From: Kiritimatiellia bacterium
GTDB taxonomy: Bacteria > Verrucomicrobiota > Kiritimatiellia > RFP12 > DVOR01
DNA: 64,000 nucleotides
Assembly (NCBI GenBank): GCA_036651955.1
Contig: JAVVWU010000005.1
Span: 1,153 to 65,152 of the forward strand
Direction: 5' to 3'
Of the stretch, positions 36,962 to 45,565 are shown one piece after another (position 1 is the first letter of the stretch; each line of letters starts with the position of its first letter). The position numbers and the translations under genes were made by a program. The notes under the pieces were generated by a model. It did not search any database. It was not told the origin of the DNA and worked only from the letters and a program-made list of their open reading frames with translations.

Positions 36962-39126
36962 GTGAAACGCTGAGTGGAACCGTTGAAAGTGTTGTCTTTA
37001 GGAATGAAGAAAGCGGTTATACGGTGCTTTCGGTGCGTCCGGTCGCGGAAACGCAAGCGGACTTTCGCCGTTTGACTGTCGTGGGGAAATGTGCGACGGT
37101 TTGGACGGGGGAAGAAATCACAGCGGAGGGCGTGTGGGCGGACGATCCTAAGTTTGGTCGGCAATTTCGTGCGGAGACACTCACGTGCATTGCTCCTACT
37201 TCTGCCGAAGGCATTAAACGGTTTCTTGCCAGTGGATTGATTCGTGGGATTGGTCCTAAACTGGCGGAAGCCATCGTGCATCATTTTGGTGCAGAGACGG
37301 TCGAAATCCTTGACTCGCGCCCTGATCGTTTGCGTGAGGTTCCAAAAATTGGCAAGGCGAAATGTGCTGAAATTCGTTCCTCGTGGACAGAACAACGGCA
37401 ATCGCACGATGCGATGATTTATCTACAAACACAAGGGATTGGTACAGGACAGGCGGCGCGCATTTGGCGACGTTACGGCGCGGATGCCATTGCGATTGTT
37501 CAACGTAACCCGTATCGTCTCGCGGAAGATGTGCGTGGTATCGGATTCCGTACTGCCGATGAAATCGCTTTGCGGATGGGTATCGCTAAAGATTCCGAAT
37601 TACGCGCGCAAGCGGGATTGCTTTATTGTCTTAAGAGCGCGGCAGAGGATGAGGGGCATTCGTATTTGAAGCAATCGGAACTGCTCTTGATGACGAATGA
37701 TGCGCTTGATATTCCGGTGGAACGTCTCTCGGAGGCTTTGACACAGGACGCGGAACGAGGCGGCGTCGTATTGGAGGAAGATCGCGTTTACTTGAGCGAA
37801 AACTACGCCAATGAAATGGCGATTGCTATGCGTATTGCGACGCTCCTGCATTGCACGACATCGTTTCGTCCGATTGTGGCAGATAAAGCGGTCGAATGGG
37901 CTGAAAAAAGGATGAACCTTTCGTTGGCTTCTGCTCAATGGCAAGCGCTCACGCAAGCCGTCTCTTGTAAGGTGTCGGTGATTACCGGTGGTCCCGGTGT
38001 CGGTAAGACAACGATTATTCGCGCGTTGGGAGAGATTTTCACGCTTCGTAAATTACGTTTGTTCCTCGCGGCTCCCACGGGACGTGCGGCGAAGCGTATG
38101 AATGAGTCCACCGGATTTGCCGCAACCACACTTCATCGGCTGCTGAAATATCAACCGCAATCGTGTTGCTTTTTTTATGGGACAGACAATCGCATTCCCG
38201 GTGATATCTTCATTGTGGATGAGGCCTCCATGTTAGATGGGACGTTAATGCGCAAGTTTCTCGAAGCATTGCCCGATGAAGCCGTTTTGATTATCGTGGG
38301 GGATACCGATCAGCTTCCAAGTGTCGGGGCGGGAAATGTGTTGGCGGATTTGATTGCGTCCGATGTTGTCCCCTTCGTGCGACTGTCGACCATCTTCCGG
38401 CAGGACGTAAGTGGGTATATTGTGCGTAATGCGTACCATGTTAATGCCGGTGAGCCTTTTGAATTGCCGCCTTCAGGTGCAGAGAGTGACTTCTATTTTA
38501 TGGAAGCACAGGATCCGGAGAAGATGAAGGAAATGATGTTGCGAATGCTTCTCCAACGGATTCCGAATAAATTCCATTTAGACCCGTTGCATGACGTGCA
38601 AATTTTAACGCCAATGCGACGGGGCGAGTTGGGGACGGAGCAACTTAATATTCTTATTCAAAGCCAAATGAATCCGCAAGGAGCGAGCTTGCAACGCGGA
38701 AACACAGCGTTTCGGCGGCAGGATCGCGTGATGCAAATCTCGAATGATTACGACAAAGAAGTGTTTAATGGCGATATCGGTATCATTAAAGAGGTTGATG
38801 CGATTGAACGAACGTTGCTCGTGGATTTTGATGGAAGGTTTGTTGAGTATAAACAAGATGAATTGGATGAGCTTGTCCTCGCCTATGCGACGAGTATCCA
38901 CAAATCACAGGGAAGTGAATATGCCGCGGTGATTATTTTGTTGCACACACAACATTTCAAGCTGCTTCAAAAGAACTTACTCTATACGGCAATGACGCGT
39001 GGCAAACGGCTGGTGGTGATTATTGGTACTGCTAAAGCGGTATGGATTGCCCTTCATGCGACGAGTTCCGTCTCACGTCAAACGACATTGGCACAAAAAA
39101 TTCGCCACGCAGTTCGTGGCGAATAA
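36958..39126 (+). CDS. recD2: RecD2-type SF1 ATP-dependent DNA helicase
   Basis: 722 aa with an N-terminal OB/HhH region, Walker A (GGPGVGKTT), FIVDEASMLD, GDTDQLPSVGAGNV and ATSIHKSQGSEY. The ATG overlaps the bioF stop (ATGA). Confidence 0.85.
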   Translation: MSETLSGTVESVVFRNEESGYTVLSVRPVAETQADFRRLTVVGKCATVWTGEEITAEGVWADDPKFGRQFRAETLTCIAPTSAEGIKRFLASGLIRGIGPKLAEAIVHHFGAETVEILDSRPDRLREVPKIGKAKCAEIRSSWTEQRQSHDAMIYLQTQGIGTGQAARIWRRYGADAIAIVQRNPYRLAEDVRGIGFRTADEIALRMGIAKDSELRAQAGLLYCLKSAAEDEGHSYLKQSELLLMTNDALDIPVERLSEALTQDAERGGVVLEEDRVYLSENYANEMAIAMRIATLLHCTTSFRPIVADKAVEWAEKRMNLSLASAQWQALTQAVSCKVSVITGGPGVGKTTIIRALGEIFTLRKLRLFLAAPTGRAAKRMNESTGFAATTLHRLLKYQPQSCCFFYGTDNRIPGDIFIVDEASMLDGTLMRKFLEALPDEAVLIIVGDTDQLPSVGAGNVLADLIASDVVPFVRLSTIFRQDVSGYIVRNAYHVNAGEPFELPPSGAESDFYFMEAQDPEKMKEMMLRMLLQRIPNKFHLDPLHDVQILTPMRRGELGTEQLNILIQSQMNPQGASLQRGNTAFRRQDRVMQISNDYDKEVFNGDIGIIKEVDAIERTLLVDFDGRFVEYKQDELDELVLAYATSIHKSQGSEYAAVIILLHTQHFKLLQKNLLYTAMTRGKRLVVIIGTAKAVWIALHATSSVSRQTTLAQKIRHAVRGE

Positions 39127-39147
39127 GACGGCGTGGCGATCGCAAGA

Positions 39148-39528
39148 CTAGCAGTCTTGCTTCCACAAACCGTGAAGGTTGCAATAGGCATAAGCGGCAA
39201 CGACGGTATCACCCTCACAGAGCGAGAAGCAGGTGGACGGTTTTTCTCCCGGCTTGAGCGATTGACGTTGATTGCCTCGTTGTGTTTGAAGCGCGATCCA
39301 CTCAATCTGATGTTCTTCAGTCATAGGATGAGGAACACTGCCGACGGTTACCGTTACTTTTGTTCCGTTAATGGTAATTACCGGAACGTGCTTTTCATGT
39401 GCGGCATCGGTCGTATTGGGAATAAGTTCGCCCATGGGCTTATTGCAGCAGACGGGCATAACGCCACTGTCGTGGACAAATGCGATGATGTTGCCACAAA
39501 TGGAACATTTTGCGAATTTGAGTTTCAT
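39148..39528 (-). CDS. dfx: Desulfoferrodoxin (2Fe superoxide reductase)
   Basis: The ATG at 39528 is preceded by AAAGGAGAA. The N-terminal desulforedoxin centre is CSICGN...CC. The C-terminal SOR domain has EKHVP, HPMTEEHQIEW and CNLHGLW. Confidence 0.85.
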   Translation of the reverse strand: MKLKFAKCSICGNIIAFVHDSGVMPVCCNKPMGELIPNTTDAAHEKHVPVITINGTKVTVTVGSVPHPMTEEHQIEWIALQTQRGNQRQSLKPGEKPSTCFSLCEGDTVVAAYAYCNLHGLWKQDC

Positions 39529-39654
39529 GGTTTCTCCTTTGTAAGTCGTTCTGACGAACACGAGTTTAGCATAACCGACGTATCGACTCCGTCATTTCTT
39601 TCAAGTGGTGCTGTCAAGAGGAGAGGAATCTTTCTTGTTTATTACGTAATCGGC

Positions 39655-39683
39655 TTGCGTGGAGAGGTGCTATTCGGTACTAT
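39655..39683 (+). promoter_or_regulatory. Candidate promoter for the gspF-pseudopilin operon
   Basis: TTGCGT, a 17-nt spacer, then TACTAT. It lies about 58 nt upstream of ATG 39741. This is based on hexamer resemblance only. Confidence 0.25.
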
Positions 39684-39740
39684 GTAGAGGTAATGTTTGA
39701 ATGGGACATTTAGAGTCCCCCTTTGAGTAAGGATACGACG

Positions 39741-41036
39741 ATGGCCAAGTTCAGATACAAGGCAGTAGATTCTCAGGGTAAAGAAGTCTTGAGCACGGTT
39801 GAGGCAGATTCTCAAGGTGCTGCGATTGAAAAAATTCGCGCGATGCAATTGACCCCCAAGGCAATTGGCATGGTAAAGGAAGAATCCGCGGATGAAAGCG
39901 TGCCGGCGAAATCTTCGTTTGCTACGAAAGCAAAGAAGCCGAGTGGCGGCTTGGTGTTTTCAACGCCCAAGTTCTTGCGTGGTCGCGTAAAGACAAAAGA
40001 TTTAATGGTTTTGACACGCCAACTTGCAACGTTGGTGGATGCCGGTTTGCCGCTGACGCGTGGATTGCGTGTGCTTCAACGGCAAACGGCGAATGAGTCG
40101 CTCAAAGAAGCATTGACTGGAATGCTTGAAACGGTAGAGACCGGTAATACATTTTCGGAATCGTTGGGAAACTACCCGAAGATTTTCAATCACCTTTACG
40201 TCAATATGGTCAAGGCGGGTGAAGCGGGTGGCGTATTGGAAACCGTTCTCAATCGTCTGGCTGAATTTATGGAGAAGGCGGAAAAGATTAAGAATAAGGT
40301 CAAAGGTGCAATGACCTATCCGGTGGTCGTTCTTTGCGCGGCATTGGGCATTGTAGTCTTTCTGATGCTGGCGGTGATTCCTAAGTTCCAGCAGATCTTC
40401 AATGATTTGATGGGCGGTCAAGGAATGCCGGCATTGACACAGTTTGTAATCAATCTTTCCGGATGGATGCAGAACTACTGGATGGTGATTTTCCCTGCAA
40501 TCTTTGGTTCGATTATTCTGATTAAAATGTTCTTCAAAACGCCCAAGGGGTCGTATATTCAAGATGTCATTGCGCTTCGCGCTCCAGTCTTTGGCTCATT
40601 GACGCAAAAGACGATTGTTGCGCGTTTGACGCGTACACTTGGAACGTTGCTTGCTTCTGGCGTTCCGGTGCTTCAAGCACTTTCGATTGTCAAGGATACC
40701 ACGGGCAATCAAGTGATTAGTAATGCGATTCAGTCTGTTCACGAAAGTGTGAAGGAAGGTGAAGGCATGACGGCACCGCTGGGCGCCTGTGGCGTCTTTC
40801 CTCCGATGGTGGTTTCCATGGTGGAAGTCGGTGAAGAAACGGGCGCACTGTCTGAAATGCTTCTCCGTGTCGCAAACACGTATGACGATGAAGTGGACAA
40901 TGCGGTGGCTTCAATGACTTCTATCATTGAACCGATTATGATTATTTTCCTCGCGGTGATTGTAGGCGGTATCGTAATCGCAATGTTTATGCCACTCATC
41001 ACCATTATTGGAACGATTGGTCAACAGGCTCAATAA
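39741..41036 (+). CDS. gspF: Type II secretion / type IV pilus platform protein (GspF/PilC family)
   Basis: It starts MAKFRYKAVDSQGKEV. Two GspF repeats are present (LTRQLATLVDAGLPLTRGL and LTRTLGTLLASGVPVLQAL) with three TM segments. Confidence 0.85.
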   Translation: MAKFRYKAVDSQGKEVLSTVEADSQGAAIEKIRAMQLTPKAIGMVKEESADESVPAKSSFATKAKKPSGGLVFSTPKFLRGRVKTKDLMVLTRQLATLVDAGLPLTRGLRVLQRQTANESLKEALTGMLETVETGNTFSESLGNYPKIFNHLYVNMVKAGEAGGVLETVLNRLAEFMEKAEKIKNKVKGAMTYPVVVLCAALGIVVFLMLAVIPKFQQIFNDLMGGQGMPALTQFVINLSGWMQNYWMVIFPAIFGSIILIKMFFKTPKGSYIQDVIALRAPVFGSLTQKTIVARLTRTLGTLLASGVPVLQALSIVKDTTGNQVISNAIQSVHESVKEGEGMTAPLGACGVFPPMVVSMVEVGEETGALSEMLLRVANTYDDEVDNAVASMTSIIEPIMIIFLAVIVGGIVIAMFMPLITIIGTIGQQAQ

Positions 41037-41046
41037 GGGCATTTGT

Positions 41047-41760
41047 ATGAAACGCGGATTTACACTGATTGAATTGCTTGTGGTCATTGTCATTATCGGC
41101 ATTCTTGTTTCCGGTGTCTTTATGATGATGCGAGCCGGTGGTGATAAAGCAGGGATTGCGCAAACCGTTACGAAGGTTCACGCGATTGCAACGCTTTTGG
41201 AAGAGTACAAAGCACAGTACGGGAACTATCCGATTGTGACAGATCGTGATGGAAACGGATGTGCGAAGCTTGAATTTTCATTCCTGTGTGATCCGGGAAG
41301 CGATGCGACTGGTTCGTCGCCTGTTGTTTTTGGGCTCTTCTCGCATTTTATCCCACGTGCGACAACAATTGATCAGGAAGCCGAAGATTCCATGAGGGGA
41401 TATTATGAACGGCAGTTTTCGAATCCGGAAAAGGGTTCCATTTGGGAATCCGAGTATACGGCTGGTTCCAGTATGGAAAAGATTGCCAGAGGAGAAGCGG
41501 CAGATCCACGTCTTGCTTTGGTGAATCGCGCCTTTCGGCGACTTAAGAAAGACGGAGTTGTTTCTGCTGGGAGTTCCGTCAATATTGAAACGGGGCGCGA
41601 AACGTACCATGCGACAGCGTCAGATTCTTGGGGACGTGCGTTGATGTATCGAATGGATGGATCGAATGGCGAGATTGTTTCCTATGGTCCTGATGGAAAA
41701 TATGGGACTTCGGATGATATTACGAGTGCCGGTATGGGAAATGATGAAGATGAGGACTGA
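41047..41760 (+). CDS. Prepilin-type protein, GspG-like with a large internal insertion and acidic tail
   Basis: The class III signal is MKRG|FTLIELLVVIVIIGIL. The C-terminal part (DSWGRALMYR...SYGPDGKYGTSDDI) is GspG-like. The protein ends GNDEDED. Confidence 0.7.
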   Translation: MKRGFTLIELLVVIVIIGILVSGVFMMMRAGGDKAGIAQTVTKVHAIATLLEEYKAQYGNYPIVTDRDGNGCAKLEFSFLCDPGSDATGSSPVVFGLFSHFIPRATTIDQEAEDSMRGYYERQFSNPEKGSIWESEYTAGSSMEKIARGEAADPRLALVNRAFRRLKKDGVVSAGSSVNIETGRETYHATASDSWGRALMYRMDGSNGEIVSYGPDGKYGTSDDITSAGMGNDEDED

Positions 41761-41773
41761 AAGGAACGCAACG

Positions 41774-42379
41774 ATGTTGAAGAATAAGAGTTCTCTGTCT
41801 CATGTCCGTGGCTTTACGTTGATTGAAGTCCTCGTGGTGATTGTGATTATTGCCATTCTGGGCGCCTCCTCTTTTGGTGGATATGCGCATTTTATGGAGA
41901 AGGCACGTCAGAAAAACGCCATGGATGTGTGCGAACAAATTAAGACGGCATGGACGAGTTATCATCGAGAGATTGGTTTTTGGCCGGACAAGGTGAGTAA
42001 AAACGGCGTTCATCAAATGGACACTAAAATGTGTGAAATTATTGGGAAAGCTAATTTACTCGATGTCCTCTACATTGATGATAGTCAACAGACTACAGGG
42101 CTGAATCGGAATAAGGACAAAGAATCCGAACTTAAGTATGGTCTATTGGATCCGATTGGACTGAAACGGTTCAAGCGAGGACAGACGGGGAAAAAAGTGA
42201 CAGATCATCTCTATCAATTTGTTCTCGATGTCAATGAGGATGGCATTGTGAATGGGGACGATGGATTGCCTGCAAAAGTTTCCAAGGGGCGTACCCTTCG
42301 TGGTGATATCGTTGTTTGGTGCTGGCCTGAAGACGATGAGGCTAAGGCTGACGGCGAGACGTATGCTCAAAGTTGGTAA
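41774..42379 (+). CDS. Prepilin-type N-terminal cleavage/methylation protein (pseudopilin)
   Basis: The leader is MLKNKSSLSHVRG|FTLIEVLVVIVIIAILG. The protein is 201 aa. Confidence 0.65.
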   Translation: MLKNKSSLSHVRGFTLIEVLVVIVIIAILGASSFGGYAHFMEKARQKNAMDVCEQIKTAWTSYHREIGFWPDKVSKNGVHQMDTKMCEIIGKANLLDVLYIDDSQQTTGLNRNKDKESELKYGLLDPIGLKRFKRGQTGKKVTDHLYQFVLDVNEDGIVNGDDGLPAKVSKGRTLRGDIVVWCWPEDDEAKADGETYAQSW

Positions 42380-42391
42380 AGGAGTGCTCTT

Positions 42392-43015
42392 ATGTTTTCG
42401 TTGCGTTCTAAATCTTCGCATAGTGGCTTTACACTCATTGAACTGTTGGTCGTGATCGCGATTTTGGCGACATTGATTGGTTTAGGTGCCGTAGGAATTT
42501 CAAAGACGATGAAAGGTGCGGATGAAACGCGCCGCAATGCGTTTGCAAAAACGGTCGAATCGGCGCTGATGGCGTACAAGAATGAAACGGGGAGTTATCC
42601 ACTGGCGGCTGATAATGATGCGGATAAAAATGGGCAGATTCATTACGGTTCGGTGAGTAATAATAATGCCGATAAGCCCAATGCAAAAGTTTTGTTAACT
42701 TTATTTGGGCGTAACGAGAGTGGGCGTCGTGAGGCAACGAAGCGCGCTTATATTACGGACAGCTCCGATCTTTATGTTTACAAAGGGAAGCGGATCCGAA
42801 AGCTTGATGAGGCGTTCCAATCGGGCGGAGTTTCCGCTGATGATATGATTGGGTTTAAGATTATGATGGGAAAAACGACGAGTACGAAGTATAAGAAAAT
42901 GAGTGGATCGCACGCATTTTCACCGATTAAAATCTCATTTGATCTTGAATTAGATTCCTATTCGGTTTCCGTTCCAAGTGATGGGCAGTTTAATCAAGTG
43001 ATTCAACTGAATTGA
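42392..43015 (+). CDS. Prepilin-type N-terminal cleavage/methylation protein (pseudopilin)
   Basis: The leader is MFSLRSKSSHSG|FTLIELLVVIAILATLIG. The protein is 207 aa. Confidence 0.65.
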   Translation: MFSLRSKSSHSGFTLIELLVVIAILATLIGLGAVGISKTMKGADETRRNAFAKTVESALMAYKNETGSYPLAADNDADKNGQIHYGSVSNNNADKPNAKVLLTLFGRNESGRREATKRAYITDSSDLYVYKGKRIRKLDEAFQSGGVSADDMIGFKIMMGKTTSTKYKKMSGSHAFSPIKISFDLELDSYSVSVPSDGQFNQVIQLN

Positions 43016-43023
43016 GGTCTGAT

Positions 43024-43824
43024 ATGAAGAAGCGCGGCTTTACATTGATTGAACTCCTGATTGTGATTGGCATCGCAGCGATGTTAATCACAATGGCGTC
43101 AACGGGGTTCTTCGGTGCGTTGCGTCAGGAAAGTGTCACGAAGTCACGGAATCAATTGCGTGATGTCATCCTTTTGGCTCGGCAACAGGCGTGTATTCTG
43201 GGGCAGCCACACGTGGTCGTCTGTTGGAATAGTGATACGTCGGTGGTTGTTGGTAATGATACGCAAAAAGCGAAGCAGGGGAAATTTGCACTCTTTCAAT
43301 ATGTCGGGCAGGTCTGGCGAAAAGGTAATGAGCTGTATGTTCCTTTTGGGCTTCAACGAGATGTATTGTCGACGCTTAAAAAGGGATCGCGCGTGATAAG
43401 TCTTGCAGATGTAGACGCAGACAAATTTGCAAAGTTGACAGATATTATGGCGGATGCGTCTAAGACGGCAGATCAAATTGCAGAGGACAAGAGTTATTCT
43501 GCCACGATTAAATTCGACTATTTGGTCGGAGGCGCGGAGGGCACTTCCAATTGGGAACCGCAAATGTACAAGGTCGCAGATGTGGATGGATCGTTGAGAG
43601 CCGTTACGAAGCGTGGAATCCCGTTGGCTGTTCGTGCTTCTCAAACGTACACGCTTCCTAAACTTTATGCTTTTGGTAGTGATCGTCAAGTCTTTGTCTT
43701 TGCTCCTGATGGACGTGTCACGACCGCAGGGTCGGTCACGGCGCAGCACAGTGTCGCGAAAGGTTCTAAAAACGCCACATTTACGCTCACGGTGGATGAC
43801 AAGGGCTCAGTCACATTGAAATAG
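43024..43824 (+). CDS. Prepilin-type protein, GspH-like by size and position
   Basis: The leader is MKKRG|FTLIELLIVIGIAAMLI. The protein is about 266 aa. A TTG start at 43012 is also possible. Confidence 0.6.
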   Translation: MKKRGFTLIELLIVIGIAAMLITMASTGFFGALRQESVTKSRNQLRDVILLARQQACILGQPHVVVCWNSDTSVVVGNDTQKAKQGKFALFQYVGQVWRKGNELYVPFGLQRDVLSTLKKGSRVISLADVDADKFAKLTDIMADASKTADQIAEDKSYSATIKFDYLVGGAEGTSNWEPQMYKVADVDGSLRAVTKRGIPLAVRASQTYTLPKLYAFGSDRQVFVFAPDGRVTTAGSVTAQHSVAKGSKNATFTLTVDDKGSVTLK

Positions 43825-43833
43825 GAAGCGGTG

Positions 43834-44337
43834 ATGAAACGTTCTTTTCTTTTGAAACTTCGCGATGGCTTCTCTTTGATCGAAGTGAATATGGCGATCT
43901 TTGTCTTGGCTGGCGGTGCGCTTGCGCTGTTGGGACTGTTTCCCCTCGGGTTACGGGAAAGTCTCGCTTCTCGTGGAGAAATGCGTGTCGCTGCCTTTGC
44001 CGAACAGTTTATGGGCGCGGCGCGTATTGCTGTCAACGATCCTTCCGTCGTCGATATCCCGTCACTTCGTAAAGTCATGCAAGACAGTTTCAATTTCAAA
44101 TTGAGTGAGAACGTTGGAAAAAATGACGATCAAAATGCCGAGCAGGATACGAATTCAGACGTGTACTATCGCGGATGGATTTTGAAGACAACCGCATACG
44201 ATTTAGGTAACGCGAGAGAAATGGTTGAGGTCGGAGTACAGGTGACGACAGAAAACTGGAAGCAAAATAAACGCGCGCTTATTTCTGCCCCTGTCTATGC
44301 GGTCAATGTCATTATTGATACGAAGAACGCTCATTGA
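43834..44337 (+). CDS. Prepilin-type protein, GspI-like by position
   Basis: The leader is MKRSFLLKLRDG|FSLIEVNMAIFVLAGGALALLG. The protein is about 167 aa. Confidence 0.55.
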   Translation: MKRSFLLKLRDGFSLIEVNMAIFVLAGGALALLGLFPLGLRESLASRGEMRVAAFAEQFMGAARIAVNDPSVVDIPSLRKVMQDSFNFKLSENVGKNDDQNAEQDTNSDVYYRGWILKTTAYDLGNAREMVEVGVQVTTENWKQNKRALISAPVYAVNVIIDTKNAH

Positions 44338-44356
44338 GTGGGGATGAGGAAGTGAT

Positions 44357-45046
44357 ATGAAACGTTTTAGAAAACATTCCACACATCAAGGGTTCTCATT
44401 GATTGAGATTCTTGTGGCAATGACCATCTTGACGGTGATTGTTTTGATTGTTGCGCGTATTTTTCAACAAACAGGGCTTGCATGGTCTTTGGGATTGCGT
44501 CGCGCAGATGCGCAATCGGTGACGCGTGCCGTATTGGGATCAATTACACGTGATCTCTCAATGATGGTTGACCCGTGTAATTTTGTTTCACCAGATGCCA
44601 CGTTGCAGGAAAAGGCATTAAGTGATTCCATTGGACTATCGGCAGGGAATCCGATTAGTAGCGGGCTTGATTTTTGGATTCTTCGTCCAACGAATGATCC
44701 CGTTGCAACGTTGGAAAAAGCAGAAAAAAGAGAGCTTGTCCATATTGTTTATGCAGGGAGTTCTGGCGTTGTCAATCGTACGGAAACGGTGCTTGATGGC
44801 GCCTCCATTTCGACGGAGTATAAAATCGGGAAAGGAAGCGTTAAGTTTGAAAGCTTAAAGGTAAACTTCCCACAAAAGACATTCTCTTCATTCTATGAAG
44901 ATGAACCGGGTGTCAAAATTACGGTTAAGCCCGAAACGCCGCCCGATATCAATGACTATGAAATTTCTGTGGCTTCATCAGGTCCCGATGGTGAATGGGG
45001 AACGGATGATGATATTCGCCCGTGGGTGAAGGGGGAGGACAAGTAA
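44357..45046 (+). CDS. Prepilin-type protein, GspJ-like by position
   Basis: The leader is MKRFRKHSTHQG|FSLIEILVAMTILTVIVLIV. The protein is 229 aa. Confidence 0.6.
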   Translation: MKRFRKHSTHQGFSLIEILVAMTILTVIVLIVARIFQQTGLAWSLGLRRADAQSVTRAVLGSITRDLSMMVDPCNFVSPDATLQEKALSDSIGLSAGNPISSGLDFWILRPTNDPVATLEKAEKRELVHIVYAGSSGVVNRTETVLDGASISTEYKIGKGSVKFESLKVNFPQKTFSSFYEDEPGVKITVKPETPPDINDYEISVASSGPDGEWGTDDDIRPWVKGEDK

Positions 45047-45562
45047 ATGAAACGTTCAACTCTCTCAATTGCCAATAAAGGTTTTACACTCATTGAATTA
45101 CTCGTTGTAATTGTGATTATCGGAATCCTCATTTCTGCTTTTGCAATCTCAACCGCCGCTGCTCGTGAAAATGCAAAGATTGCTAAGGCGACGGCTGAAA
45201 GTCGTGAATTAGGAAATGCGATTCGTCTCTTTTGTATGACACAATACGATACTGCCATTGATGCCAAGCATGATCCTATGCGCGATTTGGGATTGAGTGA
45301 TGGCTTGAATGATGCCGGCTCTTCAATCGTCAATATGTTGACAAAGCCGAACTCGAATAATGGTAACACCGTTTACTATAATGCTTCTGACAAGATGATT
45401 CGCAAGAATAATCTCTGTGACCCCTGGGGGAATCCCTACAAGATAAGAGTCAAGAAAGTGCTTCCGCAAGATTCGAAGACATCGAACGATTACACCATTA
45501 TTGTCCCCTTTGAAGGGCGTCATCGTGCTCTTGAACCTATGAATGTGCCAGTCGGGAATTAA
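45047..45562 (+). CDS. gspG: GspG-like major pseudopilin
   Basis: The leader is MKRSTLSIANKG|FTLIELLVVIVIIGILI, followed by ARENAKIAKATAESRELGNAIRLF and the GspG hallmark DPWGNPYKIRV. Confidence 0.75.
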   Translation: MKRSTLSIANKGFTLIELLVVIVIIGILISAFAISTAAARENAKIAKATAESRELGNAIRLFCMTQYDTAIDAKHDPMRDLGLSDGLNDAGSSIVNMLTKPNSNNGNTVYYNASDKMIRKNNLCDPWGNPYKIRVKKVLPQDSKTSNDYTIIVPFEGRHRALEPMNVPVGN

Positions 45563-45565
45563 GTT

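Noticed and set aside
39142-39160. The palindrome GCAAGACT-agc-AGTCTTGC between convergent recD2 and dfx, considered as a bidirectional terminator.
   Set aside because: It has a short 8-bp stem and only a 3-nt loop. There is no U-tract on either side, and it overlaps the dfx stop codon. The support is too weak.
43144-43749. Long antisense ORFs inside well-supported genes. Examples are 43144-43749 (-), 43686-44099 (-), 40002-40562 (-), 31615-32181 (-), 36841-37407 (-), 13596-14096 (-) and 14319-14903 (-).
   Set aside because: Each lies opposite or out of frame within a gene that has clear family motifs or an operon-consistent frame. The translations are low-complexity or Arg/Ser/Pro-rich, and none has a credible RBS. 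They are most likely chance open frames.
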